Shown one piece after another: positions 12,571 to 25,625 of a stretch of 64,000 nt of DNA. The notes beneath the pieces are model-generated. The model did not search any database. It was not told where the DNA came from and worked only from the letters and a program-made list of their open reading frames with translations. Source of the stretch: Nymphaea colorata (Eukaryota). The translations under genes were made by a program, and so were the position numbers. The number at the start of each line of letters is the position of its first letter. Position 1 is the first letter of the stretch. The DNA lies in the NCBI RefSeq assembly GCF_008831285.2, contig NC_045138.2:26908001-26972000 (forward strand). Reading direction: 5' to 3'.

Positions 12571-12715
12571 GGGGTCCTTTGGCAGTGAGAACAGTAACAG
12601 ATTGTTCCATAAATCTATTCTGAAGATTGTGGTAGATTTTTTTTATGAATCTGTAACCATATTTGGGGTAGATTCATGAAACAGTTTGTTGCCATTTTCA
12701 TTATCAAATGGCCCC
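12571..12715. mobile_element. Tourist/PIF-Harbinger-like MITE, 145 bp
   Basis: Long imperfect TIRs: left GGGGTCCTTTGGCAGTGAGAACAGTAACAGATTGTTCCATAAATCTA; right (reverse complement) GGGGCCATTTGATAATGAAAATGGCAACAAACTGTTTCATGAATCTA. Flanked by CTA and TTA (imperfect 3-bp TSD). Confidence 0.75.
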
Positions 12716-15005
12716 TTAGAAATTGAATCTTGCTATCAGAGTTCCTTTTTTGTCTTGTGAATGAATTTTGGGACAAGCTCAGTTGCATGAAATGGGAACT
12801 CCTATGCTTTTATCATAGTGAAGTATGTATAATATTGACAGAAATGCCAAAAATTGTGTTTAACCTATGATGAAAACCCTTACCATCTCGCACAACCACC
12901 ACCCAAAGTAGGTGTTGGAAAGAGAGAGAATCACTGTTAAGAATCAGCAGTTGCCATGCATTTATTTACTCACAAAAGCTATCCTTCCAGCACATATTTG
13001 ATGCGTCCCCATTCAATGAAATCTGTTTCTTATTCCTGCTGCTGCTGTCACACAGTCAGTCACCTAATCGTTTAACTGCACTATTGGCTGTTAAGATATT
13101 GTTATTTGATCTCAAAGTCTACACATTTTCCAGGGATTACATCCTTCATTATTAACCATTACATAACCATTATCCGTTCATTATGCAACCACCAAACAAA
13201 AAATTTCTACTTTAGCCATTGAATTCCCCTTGTTTTCCATCTTGATGTGAAAACACATCAAGACTTCTCGAGAAAGGCAAGAAGGCAATCCAGGGAGTAC
13301 TTGCTCTTTAATTAGTCGGGCGCCTTTATTTCGGTAGCTTTCCCATGGAAATGCTTTGTCGGTAAAACGAAATGGACAGGAAAATGCCGAAGAATCCAGA
13401 TTTTTCTCTCGGGTTTCTTGAAGAAATAAGCGCCGACCAGTGCAGACTTATCAGATGGGGAAGACTTGTCACGGGATTGACAGTCTGACTCTGACATGAT
13501 CTCTTATAAAATTGTTCCACGCCGTGTTCTTTTGTTCCTTTTTGCTTTGCACTACCGAATCCCACACACAGACCACTTTCTTGAGTAATTTAATCACATC
13601 TTGTTTATGAGAGAAACTTTTTCTCTCGTGGGTGGTACATTATTTTCAGGAGGCCCTTCATATGCCTCTGCAAATTGAGAAGTTTATGTCCATAAACTCC
13701 GGCATCAGGCAGCAGACCGCAGTATTGGATTCATAAACTGCATTCCTCCAAGATAACATGACGAATGAATTACAAACTTTTAGTACTAAAGAGAGAAGCT
13801 TGAAGGTCAAATGATTCAACGTCTAATCGATGAAATCGCCATTATTGTCCACAACACAGCAGTGGACATAAAGCCCATTCGTATTCTCAGAATCTCAATC
13901 TGTCGCGTTTCAACTGGGAACAAGGCAAACGTCTAGTCAATCCGTCACCATTGATTGTTACTGAAAGGTAGTAAGGGCCTTGACCAGAGGCGCCCAAGCA
14001 TGTGCTTCCATGGCCTGCCGTCTTCCCAGTTCCGCACAGCAGGTAACAAACAGAAGTAACTAATAGAACTGTAGCCAATAGAACATCCGGAAGTCCAAAC
14101 CAGGTTAGGCAGGGCTGGTAACTAGCACTTTTTATTAATAACCAGCAGTGGCAGAGCCAAGAATTTTAGGTAGGGAGAACGTACGTGTAAATTTTTAATA
14201 AGAAAGCAAATGGGTCATCTGTAGATAAAAAAATTCTTTTGGCAAGTCGACAGATCTGTTTTATTCACTGGCAGGAAATTGATTCGAATCTGCAGTAGGT
14301 GATGTTCAAATGGCCTGCTTTGTGGTTCTTTCTTCTTTTCTGTTCCCAAAGGAAAGGAACTCTTGAAGAGATTCTGCGGCAAACTTTGGAACGCAAGTCA
14401 CGAGGCAAGCAACCAAGTTGCTTCATTCGCACATGAAAAAGAAGAAGACCAAGTTGAGAATTCTAAAGCACTTTAACCTCCACAGAAGCAGAAAATTTGA
14501 AGTCTGCAACAACAGCAGTAGGGGGCAATGGAGTACTCATAATGATGGATTTGCCGGTCGTAAAACTTAGTTCTTTTGAAGATTCTGCCAGTACATGAAA
14601 CCACGTGGAGAGGCTTACACTTTTATGACGTTGACTCACTGACGAAGATTGCACGAAAAGATGGATTTAATAACGTGGAAAAGGTGTGCCGCTCAACGTC
14701 TTCAGCGGTATTGTTCAGCAACAGCTGAGGGAAAATGTTTCCGAGATTTCGAGGGCCGTCCAGGTCTAGCAAACGGGAATTAATATATGCATTTCCCTGG
14801 TTTTTTTAATGTTTTTTTGAGCGTTTTAATATTCAGTTTAAAATGGATCCTAACACGCTTGATAACTGGTTTCAACAGATTGATCGTAGAATATCAATTG
14901 CTTGGTGATCCGTTTGAATCACTTTAAAGTAGGGACACTCTAAGTTTGGTGGCCAAAAGTTGGCAAAGGAAGACTTTGACAACAAAAATACTAACATAAT
15001 TTTTC

Positions 15006-15073
15006 TTCAATTTGTTACAAAGATTGAAGCAAATTCATGTTCAATTTGTTACAAAGATTGAAGCAAATTCATG
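15006..15073. repeat. Short perfect tandem duplication (about 34 bp x2)
   Basis: TTCAATTTGTTACAAAGATTGAAGCAAATTCATG repeated directly. Confidence 0.85.
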
Positions 15074-17357
15074 TAACACTGCATTCTAGTTTCATGAATT
15101 TAGTGCTTCGTGAATCTACTCCAATCATTGAAACAGACAGATTCATGAAACATTGTATTAATGTTCTTATTAAACAAGCCCAAACGCATTCTTGGTGAAA
15201 AAATTGGTTTACATTCAAAATGAGAAGTAATAAAAGCATTTGATAATATTATTAGCCCACAACATGAGGTTGCATGCGATAGGCTCGGATCTTAGATCCG
15301 AGGGTGCATAAAAAGTGTGTTTTGGTAGATTCCAGTTTAAACAAACTGAAGATCTCAATAACAACATGTTAAAAACCATGAATTTTCAAAGCCGATGGAA
15401 AGTGATCTGATCTTAATCCATGAATCTGAGATACTAGGATCTTAGATGACCATGGATCTCAGATCAGCAGGGAAACAAACACAACTTAAATTTCTTAAAA
15501 GTTCTTCAAAGTGCTCAATTTAAGACTTTGTTCAAGTCCTTTTTCACACACCAAGTGTGGAAGGAAAGATGGTAGACGACAACTTTTAGGAGTACATCAT
15601 GGTCAATCGATGACAACGACTCAATCGACCAATGTCTTCTCGTTCTAATGAAATTGTGTAAAAGCTACACTCCGCCTAGATCTACATAAATAGCCACATC
15701 TCCGTCCTTCCAAATCTTAGAAATTGTAGTGCCAAGAACACTAAATCCATCGGCATAACCCATAAAACTTCATATATAATAAACTAAAGACTCGACTCTG
15801 GTCGAACATGCATGTGCGCCGATGTGATAGATTAAACTTACTTGTCCTGAAATATATATGCCTTGTGGGCTATCAGCAGGACATTATTTGTTCATCACAA
15901 CCTTGATTATATACATTTCGTATTCATATGATCATGAGACCAGTGGAAATTTTATATTATCAAACGTTCTTTAGTGAACAAAATTAAGCACTAACGCCGA
16001 CCATATCTTGATTGAGGCACCGGATATCAAGAAGGCCATATCTCAACAAGATCGGAGTCGACAGAGAAATTCATATAAAACGAAGAACTGTGTTCCACCA
16101 ACTCCATCACGAGGAACACGTTGGTCCATCTACCCGATTCTGCCTTTCCTTGCACCGACCCTGACCGGATCCATGGACAGGTACTGGGTTTTGATGATAC
16201 TCGCGATTAACATGTTATTATTGTACAAGAATCAAATACAAATCGATAAAACACTTGTTATGTATGTCTTAATTTTTTATAGGACAATAACAATGTGTTA
16301 CAGCTACCAAATGACCCGTTTGCATAAGACTTAGGTGAGTGGTTAAGCATTTAAAGTCATGAACAGAAAAGAGAGTAAAAAAAATCGGAGGAAAAAATTT
16401 CACTCATTTTTATAAGCAGCAGGTACGTGAGGTGGGCCACGTCTTGACAACCACCTCCTATCCTATCAAACAAGAATAGTGCCCATCCTTCGTCCTATAT
16501 GCAGCGCATCCTCACTTATCGACATCTCGTCTCCAATCTCTTTGAAAACTCCACTTGTTTTTAGAAGAATCTTACCAGACCTGTATAAAAATCAATTTAA
16601 AAGTATTTTTACTACCTTTCTTCGCCGAGAAAAAAAAAAAGAAACAATCAACGGCGTACAGCAGATCTGGTAAACTGCATTTTTTTTTTAAAAAAAAGAA
16701 AATTTGTATTGTGACCAACCGTGCATTAAAAACAATTAAAAAGGAAGAGAGTAACCGAACAAATAGAATATGATGTTTACGGCAGTCGGAAAAAAAACAA
16801 AAAAAAAAAAAAGCATTCCCGACAAAGGCGATTTTTACGACGGTGTTGGAGAGGAAGAAAGGCCGGGGTGGTGGGTCCGGTGGCCGTGATATGAGTCCAA
16901 AGGACGGGCCAACCTCGCGGAGGCAAGATCTGGGTGTCGTAATCGCAGGTCGCTTCACTGAGAAAGCAGCACGGCAGCGCCATGGCGAGGCTATGGCTCT
17001 CTTTGCACCGAGCAAGATTCCACGTGGGTCCGCAGAATGAGCCAACCGGACCGGAGCAACGCCGCACCGGCGGACAGCGGAAGGCGTACGCAAAGGGAAA
17101 CAAACATAAAAACAAGGGCAAAGAAAGCTCCAAGTAAAAAAAAAAAACACAGGCGGGGCTGACACGGCCAAGAAGAAGAAGAAGAAGAAGCATCAGCTGA
17201 CTGGCTTTGGAAGATTCCCCTCCCACCCACGCTGGTCGGTGGAGGGAGTAAATGTTGGTTGGCTTCTTTGTTCTTTTCCCCACCCCCCTCTTCACGCTCT
17301 TCTTTATTATCCACCCTATATAAAACTTATCCATCTAAATGGATATAAGTTAAATAA

Positions 17358-17360
<3 letters not shown>

Positions 17361-17386
<26 letters not shown>
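17361..17386. repeat. (AT)n microsatellite
   Basis: Direct AT run. Confidence 0.95.
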
Positions 17387-17388
<2 letters not shown>

Positions 17389-18692
17389 TAAGTAAATTAA
17401 TAAACTACTTTACCTTGTTAGGAAGGTAAGAAAATCAAACAAAAGGACATGCTTTTTATCTATCAAGGGAGAAAGTAAGTTTAAAATGAGCCTTTGCTTG
17501 GAGGACTGAGGCCAGGCCAGAGACGGGTAAGCAACACGTCACTGGTTCGAATGGTATGAGTGCCACTTTTGTAGCATAGGAAGGAAGTCTCTTCTCTCGC
17601 AGTCGAGTCGGGTAAGAAGCTAGAGAAGTAGGTAGCGGTCATGCCCATGGTAGCTGACCTACCTTGCTAGGCATTTCCTGCTGCTTAAGGAGAGTTTAAT
17701 TTTTGATGGGAGCAAAAAAAAAATACCAAATCTAAAGCAAAGTCCACACTTCACATATATAAAAAGTGTGAAGGTAGTTAGTACTTTTGTTGTTTACAGC
17801 ATTACCATGGCTAGTAGACCTCACCTACAAGCACACCTAACCTTCGCTCATTCTTATTAGCCTGCTCACCACTTTTTCAAAAGTCATAGTTACCTCCTGT
17901 GTAACTGAAACTTACCCTCCAGCCATCAATCAACCATGCTCACATGCTTGTTGACCTTATTTAGAAGCAAGTTGACTCATAAACCCTTCTTATTTTTTTC
18001 TTTTTTATCATATAAGAGTATTATGTTGAGGTAGATTAATATAATATTCTATGAATGTTGGAGGAGATAACAACTTGTTATTATTGCTAAACAGACACTA
18101 AGTAAAACACCTTTTAACCTTATGTGAAGCTTAGTTTCTTGCCTCTAGATTGAGTTGAGTGGACCTAGCCCACGGTTGCAGCCAACAAGAACTTGATTGG
18201 GCTTGAGGCTTGGTTCTAGTAGAGTTTGATCTTTGAAGTGAGCCGTCGAGCATGTTGGAGGTTCATCTCAAGCAGAATGGAGCGGACCGACTGTGCACCG
18301 GACTAGACCGAGGCTCGAGCCAACTCTGATGGTCGACGAGCCGGTAGGCGAGAGGCATTTGCGTAAATTTAGCGGCGAGATCTCCACCGTCTTCCACGGC
18401 GAAGGGCAGGGAGTCATCCCCTCTGAGAAAAAGGTCAGGATCCAAGGAGGCCCCGGTGGGAGAAAAAAAAAAGTTACCAAACCGACGGTCGCCTTGTCTT
18501 CTCTTTATCACATCATTCCATGAGATGACGCCACGCGTCCGTCGAGATTCACAAGAAACGCATCCATAAAAGCCAAGATGGCTCCGAATCGCCACCCTTA
18601 TCCCTCCCCTCTCCGCTCGCACTTTTCCCCTCGCTCTCTCTTGACGGCAAAGGATACTGCTCCGGCCGGCGAGTCACATTTCCGGAGGGAAG

Positions 18693-19349
18693 ATGCTGGA
18701 GGAGTCGATCCCCGCCATCTGGGCGTCCATGCACAGTTGGTTCACGCCAACCGTTCTGTTCGTGCTCCTCAACCTTGTTATCGGCACCATCATCGCCACC
18801 TCCAGCGGCGCCGGGCAGAAATCCAGCGGGACCGGGCAGAAATCAGGCGACAAGCCTCTGGCGAGACCCCCCTCCATGATGGAGCGCGTCCGGTCCATCA
18901 ATCTCCATAAGCAAACCGTGGAAGATGTCCCGGCAGTTACGGTGACGAAGCCCGCCGAGCCGGAGGAGATATCGGCTGTAGAGGAGATCTTCCGAGACGG
19001 CGGGCAATCTGGGGATGGCGTTGCTGCGCTTAGTACTGGTGGCGGTGATGGTGCTGGGGCCGACGATGGCGGTGCTGCCGAAGAGACTCCGGTGAGACGT
19101 CGGAGGATGAAAAAGTGGGCGAGCGAGAAGTTGCCGGCCACCACCGGCTTGGTTAAGGAGGAGCAGCCCAATCGGCGGGGGGAGTCCGTGAGAGGCCACC
19201 GTAGGGTGGAAGAGTTCGACGATGATTCCGGCGGGGAGGAGGTGGACGCGAAGGCTGACGACTTCATCAACCGGTTCAAGCAGCAGCTGCAGTTGCAGAG
19301 GATGGAGTCGATCATGAGGCATAAGGAGATGCTCAACAGGGGCAGATAA
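18693..19349 (+). CDS. DUF4408 + DUF761 (cotton fibre expressed protein family; PAMP-induced A70-like) protein, 218 aa, single exon
   Basis: GC-rich open frame. N-terminal hydrophobic SWFTPTVLFVLLNLVIGTI (DUF4408), middle L.R.PS..ERVRSINL, and C-terminal EVDAKADDFINRFKQQLQLQRMESI (DUF761). Confidence 0.92.
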   Translation: MLEESIPAIWASMHSWFTPTVLFVLLNLVIGTIIATSSGAGQKSSGTGQKSGDKPLARPPSMMERVRSINLHKQTVEDVPAVTVTKPAEPEEISAVEEIFRDGGQSGDGVAALSTGGGDGAGADDGGAAEETPVRRRRMKKWASEKLPATTGLVKEEQPNRRGESVRGHRRVEEFDDDSGGEEVDAKADDFINRFKQQLQLQRMESIMRHKEMLNRGR

Positions 19350-21319
19350 AGGGAGCCAACCCGACGAAACCAACCCCACCATCTCCCTCCCTCCCTCTCT
19401 TTCTGTTGTTTTTGCTCTTTCCTCTTCGTTGGGAGTTAACAGGGTTTTACATGTAGATCTCTTTCTAGGCGATCAAAATAGAAGAAAAACGAAAGCATAG
19501 TCCAAATCCTCCATGGTTCACTTCTTTGCTGCACCATTGATGGATCTGTGAGAAGTATCCTTTTCCTCAGTAATTTTTTCAACCTTTAAAAGTGAAGATA
19601 GGAAAGGAAAAGATGGGGATTTTTTATCTTGGGTTTTTGGATCAAAGCATATAATTTTTGTTCCGGTTGTTTATGATGTATTATCATCCACCATTTATGA
19701 ACATGGCAATAGGACTCTCTCTCTCCCTCTCTTTATATATCTCTCTTTCGCAGTGTAACAGGCACAAGAACAGCACTGTTACTGCATGTTTATGGCATTT
19801 ATTCGTTGCTGGTGAAACGCCTTCATTTATTCTGTTTGGGCGCTCTCTGTGTTTGATCTCTGCATCTGCCTTCTGCCTAGGGCAACTAGTAACAGAGCAC
19901 ATGGGATGGTGGGAGCCCTTCCCCATCTCCTTTTCGTTTTGTCTTTTTTTCCCTTTCCTTCTTCTTTTGCTCTCTTTCGAGCTGGGGTGAGGGCGGCCGG
20001 TGGAATTAAAAACGGCTCTGAAGCTGGCAGGCCCAGTTGTTGGCTCGAGACTCGTGTTTGATGAGACCAGACTTCGTTCCCTTCGAGTTTGCATTGTTTA
20101 GAGAGATGCCGCCATTGAAGATAGACGACAGATCAGATCACTGATAAGCATCCAAACGAGCATTTAAGATCAACTGTGAGGAGGTCTCCGTCTTCCTCTT
20201 GTTTACTGGATATAGTGGGCTTCCTTCAGTGGGAGAGATCGACGGCTCAAATGCTTCGAAAATCAGACGGAAAATGTGATGTTCTTAGTTATAAATTGAT
20301 CCTACCATCGGATCCATCTATTCTGCTATTAAATGTTTTGGAACATAAGATAGAATAGACAATCCGAGTCTAGTTCTGGTCACACGACCCGGTTCGTTTT
20401 TCTTCGTCTTGACACTTCTGTCCTCATCCTGAAAGCGCCCCTCGGTTGACGCACCGACATGTTTCCGGGAACCTGTCTACCATCCAAGGGTATTGTCGTC
20501 AAGTTTGGATTCAAAAGAACGAGGGCACGATAACTTAACATTACGATTAAGTTGATATATATATATGTAACGAAGAATATAAAAGATGTGAATTATAATG
20601 GTGAAGAACTTTGCAGGTTCTAACGGGTATAAACCCCATGATAAACATATTTATATAAGAAGAAAGGAATGAACGTGTTGGTGATTCCGTAAGATGGGTG
20701 CAGACAGAAAAACTTTTCTATTGTTCGAGAATTTTGTTGGCCCCCGGATTGAAGGGCAAGTCTGACAGAAGCGGGTGCAGTGCATCTGACTCATCGAGCC
20801 TTCTAGACGGGCAGGCACAGTGCATTCCATGGTTAAAAATGATGATATTTTACCTGGTTTTATGGAAGTAACATAGAAGAAATAAACTTATTCGGTTTCT
20901 CGGTAGAGGTATTTCTCAAACTTTCGTTTCTGTGATGCATCGACCAATGTACTGCGTCTTTTGATGCCATCTTAGCGCAACTTATGTGTTGTGCGTGTGA
21001 GAGCGACAGACAGAGAGGCCAGAAGTTTAGTATTCTTTATAAAAGATGATAAATCCTCCCTCGCCAGACCACCTAGTCATTTCGCCAAGATTTGATATCT
21101 AGATCTAACTTTTGATGCCTCAAGGGGCATAGCATAGTTTTATTGCACGTTAAGTTGGGCTGAAGGGTGCCTTGCCTCGTCTCTCCGTTATGGGGTCGAG
21201 CGAGCGTGGTGCGACACGAAGGTGAAGGCAAGACGAAGGGAAAAAGGCCACAGTGGCATAGCTACATGGTGACTGTTCACACCAGTCTCGTAAAAGTTCT
21301 TTATTTTTAAATAGGAATG

Positions 21320-21320
<1 letters not shown>

Positions 21321-21380
<60 letters not shown>
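21321..21380. repeat. (TA)n microsatellite, about 60 bp
   Basis: Direct TA run. Confidence 0.97.
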
Positions 21381-21384
<4 letters not shown>

Positions 21385-23116
21385 TGTTCCACCAAAAGTA
21401 TTTTTAAACAAGTGTCCCTCCAATGAATTTTTTCGCTCCATCACTCGAAGAAGGGCTTTTGCTCTATATTTGGAGCTGTGAATTTTAATCATCTCACTAA
21501 GTACCCGGAATGATATAAACATTTGACAACATTTTGGTATGCAATATTGGAAGTTTTAATTAATTTACATTAGAAACAAAAAAGAATTATTAGGACGTCA
21601 AAATGGTAGTAGCTGTCTAGCTGAGTCCAAGCTTCCGAAACAACGTTCGAAAGTTCATATCTAAAATTATATAGTGCACTTCATATTTAATTCCTGCTGA
21701 TTTCGTTTTAATCAATCATCCAATCCTACAACACACACACACACACCCCTTCATGTGCGCATAGCATACACATACTCAAGCACACCCCAGCAAGAGCGCG
21801 TGCACATGTGGACACACACATTGAAAGCCTCAATTTTCTTCATTTTAAAATTTTTTTTTTTTGTGAAAAAGTAAGAGGCTACATTTATCACAAAATCCAG
21901 GGTAGAGGCTGGCGCCTAGAGGTGCTAGTATTCGGAGAAATAATTTTGTGCACAAGTCCACGATTTGGTCATCTTTTTTCCACGGACATTATTTGTTAGC
22001 AGTTGACCAGCGAAAGAATTTATTGTTACTCTGTGTTTGTTCGATATACTTATGATCCCAACCTGTCCAATCCGCATCAAACCTACCAATTTATTCAACT
22101 TTCCAGAGAAAAATTGGGGCTGATCACGTACATGTTTGATTCACTTCCTAGAAATTTCAAGAAAGACAAATAATTTGTGCTTGTAAATATGGACCATTTT
22201 GATGATACTTCAGACTACTAAAGTACTTGGAAGGAAATCTCATATTATTTCTCTTTTGGAAGAGTCCATATCGTTTTGGAACTCATGAATCCCACTGTCT
22301 CTTCCTTGTTTATGATGTTGATTTGTTGTATTTTTTGCCATCAAATAAAGCAAAGGTTCTGATAAAGGTCACACAGACTTGCTTTTCACTTCAGCTACTT
22401 ACGTCAAAAGGCACACACCCACATACATAGAGCTTGTGATCGTGTTAAGCATGCATGTGCGTGTCCACATGCTCGCGCTCATAGCTTTGCAGGTAGATCA
22501 TGTGGGCAACCATGAGCCAGTGCGACCACCACTGTCATTTTTCTTGAGTTTCCTTCAAGAAATGCTCGCTTTTCTTCTTTTGAGGGAGAAGTTAAGAAGT
22601 TAGTCATCTTCTTTGCGGCGGAGAGTTTTGTGTGGATCCAAGATAGAGGTGCAATCAACTGAAAACACGACCATTATGAGGTGTTACAACTAATTTGCTA
22701 TTTGTCTGATCCAGAATTGCTTTCATATATATAATCCAGGAGTGAGTAAGAACTCAGCAGGACCCGCAGTCTGCCCCCGCTTTTTCCGGAGAGATTTGGC
22801 ATCTTAATCTTCGGTCCCATCTTCAATGATGATCCTTCATTTCACGGATATGATATTATTAATGCCCATATGATCTATCTTAGACAGTGACTGGTAGATG
22901 TTACCATTTCTTCTAAAATGCTAAGAAGCTGGATGCATCAAAGTAACCAATTCGTGGCATGTACTTAAAGAAAGATGTACGCAGCGATGCGGGTTTTTCC
23001 GGTGATGTTTTCTGCTCTTCATGTTGAACTGAAAAAGCTTCGATGCTCGCAAACTCAAGCATATTCAATTGTCAATGGAGAAACCATGCCATCATCCGTG
23101 CCGCATCAAAAGCATT

Positions 23117-23567
23117 TGTTAGTGATAAGATGATCAACGATAATCAAGGAGAGGATACGATCTATGGTTACACCAACTCAGCATCAATCTCCTCATGATA
23201 AGGAAAGAATTATTTCTAAAACAGTCTCATGTAAGCTTGCTCAAGTCTACCGTGTAAATCAAGATCCTAAAATCAAGGATCTCAATTGTACACAGTAACT
23301 TTAAATAAGTGTACTATCTTGGTTGAATTATTGAAGAATAGAAGAGAGTGTTATCCCTGTGGACGTAGGCTGAGTTTAGCCGAACCACATTGCATCTGTG
23401 TTCTTCTCTGTCTCTTAGTTTTTGTTCTCCTTCTTTAACTGTTAGATGATCATTGGTGCTTTAGTTGCGCTTTAAAGAGTGTTCCATCTGAATTAATAGT
23501 GATCAAGAAACGCGTTAGAATAAAAATAGGCAAATAGTACTGTTTTACCTGCGCACTAGTTCTAACC
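23117..23567 (+). mobile_element. Probable degenerate solo LTR (Copia-like)
   Basis: Starts TGTTAG and ends CTAAC(C). Contains GTGGACGTAGGC...GCCGAACCAC followed by a T-rich tail, a motif I recognise from plant Copia LTRs. No internal domain and no matching 5-bp TSD, so the boundaries are uncertain. Confidence 0.45.
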
Positions 23568-25561
23568 TCGACGTTCATTATATTCTTATAAATTGCTTCC
23601 TGAACTGGGCTTCATTTTGAGTATAAGAATCTAACTCTTTCTGCTAAGATTTAGTCCAATATTTATTGAAGCACGTAGTTGCATGCACAAGCACCTCACT
23701 GAGGTAAGTCAAGTGCACTAACCATTTCGAGATGATGGGTTGTTAACCTCCTCACGTATATGTGTGTATGTATGTGTGCGCGCATGTGTGTTAACGGTTT
23801 TCGCATGTACGTGTGCCGTCCTCGAAAATCATGCTGTTACCATGTCCAAACAATATGGTCACTATCATTATGATAATATTCATGTCTAATGACTGCAAAA
23901 TCCAAAACCAATTGTGGACATCTACCATATACCGATTTTCCTCATGCTCACGTTGGAGTTAGTAAAGCTGCCCATAATTGTGATTGTAACTTTCTTATCT
24001 TTATTAAAGATGTCAATTAGATAAAACTTATATGATATTGAATCGTATCAATTTGTCCCAGTTGCATTAACATAAATGCAAATGTGACAGTTTATTAATT
24101 GAGCTCTCTTACACGAAACTGATAAGACGCAACTCGTAGGAAATCGACAGACATGTAATGCACATGATGGGGGATCAGAAACAAAAAGCAAACAATCTAC
24201 TTTAATGGGATTTTAAACTAGAGGAATTTTCGTGCCTATGTTAATACACGAAGAAACTGTATTAAGAAAAGGGGACGTTCTATCTAGGGGCTTACCTTTG
24301 GGTAAGAAGATGTTGTGCATGTGATTATATTGTATGTCAAGAAGAACACATGTTACGGTCGTTCCTAACTCAAGTAAAAAGCCCAGTTTGAATGAAACGA
24401 GAGTGATCTTTGTATTACATAACATCTCAAGTTGGAAGAACAATATGAAAAAACATGAAATTTCAATGTTTTTAGCGTTAGTTTTAATTATGGCCCTTAT
24501 TTTGTCAAGTATTCAGCAAAATTTGGGTTTGGATTAGAAAATTAAATCAGAAATTAAATTATGTCAAAAGTGGCCAGCTTCTAAAGTCAACCATTCATCC
24601 AAATATGAGCGACCACTTGTTGCATGTGAACTTAGTTTTTGTTGCATATGAGCTTAGTTTTATCTATCTATACGAGATAAATTTAGCATTTGCAAAGTTA
24701 CCATCCAGATCCAAACATGTTTCGGCCGCCGTCTCCGATATCTCCCTTTTCGTTCCTTTCCTTTCTTTCCCATTCATGATTATTCTCTTTCCTTTCTTTT
24801 CCATTCATGAGTATTCCCTCCCTTTCCTCTATCCAACCAAGCTGTAAATTCAAAACTCAACCAAATCTGAATCTGAATGTGAATTTAAGCGAGATGAACT
24901 TGGGACCGGCTTTAGCTGATCCAATTCCAAAGCAAATGAAAATTTGAAGTCAGTCACCATCAGGTCTGATCCAATTAATTAGAGTAGTGAAAAGGGTTCC
25001 AATCTTTTAGATCCGGCAGTGTCGATTTGACAACCAAACCAGCACCTACCAGGCCCATGTGGGCCGTATCAAGGTTCAGATACCGTAGGGATCCAGACCA
25101 AGTTATGGCCTTGGATAGATCTACTCCCACCCAGCTCACATATCCATCAAGGGAAGCCTGCTCATGTCATGAACATTAGGAAAATGACTCTGTTACTGTT
25201 ACAATACCTTTTTCTTAATCTTCTACTTATTTGTTTGTTTGGGAGTTTCCACATTATTTCCATGTATAACATGAGACTCTGTAATTACTTTACTTTTTTC
25301 CTCCCGGTTCTCTTATTTGATTAAATGCTTCCCATGGTGGCTTCGTTTTTAGCCTGAGCCATTGTTCTTTCCCCAAGTTATTTGACCTTCTTCTTATTCA
25401 GGCCGAAAAACTTTTGTCGCTCGCGCATCTGCATAAAACCCTGAGGTTCAGAGCTTATGCTTGTTTATACTTAGAATTAGGCATTTAACCAGCTGGTCGC
25501 TAGCCCAACCAGCTATACGAAACCTCTTGGGACCAAAGAGGGGCTCATTCATGCCGGGAGA

Positions 25562-25625
25562 TGTCACGGACTGACAACTTCAGTCCGTGCGGCATAGCAG
25601 GCACCTTATGCCGTCAGCCTTAAAC
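25562..25625. mobile_element. Possible Gypsy-type LTR terminus fragment
   Basis: TGTCACGGACTGAC...TCAGTCCGTGCGGCA hairpin resembles chromovirus LTR ends. The other terminus and a TSD were not identified. Confidence 0.3.

Noticed and set aside
16008..16030. miR171-like TGATTGAG...ATATC
   Set aside because: The central bases mismatch the conserved mature sequence and no precursor hairpin is evident.
16572..17334. 199-aa and 185-aa minus-strand ORFs
   Set aside because: They translate poly-T and (CTT)n low-complexity tracts and contain no recognisable domain.
18674..19382. Antisense ORFs of 220 aa and 179 aa over the DUF761 gene
   Set aside because: Shadow ORFs of a GC-rich CDS; no motifs, while the plus frame has clear family signatures.
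20051..20162. C/D snoRNA-like TGATGA...CTGA
   Set aside because: No rRNA-complementary guide recognised; the flanks (CTCGTGTTTGATG / CATCCAAACGAG) look more like degenerate MITE TIRs.
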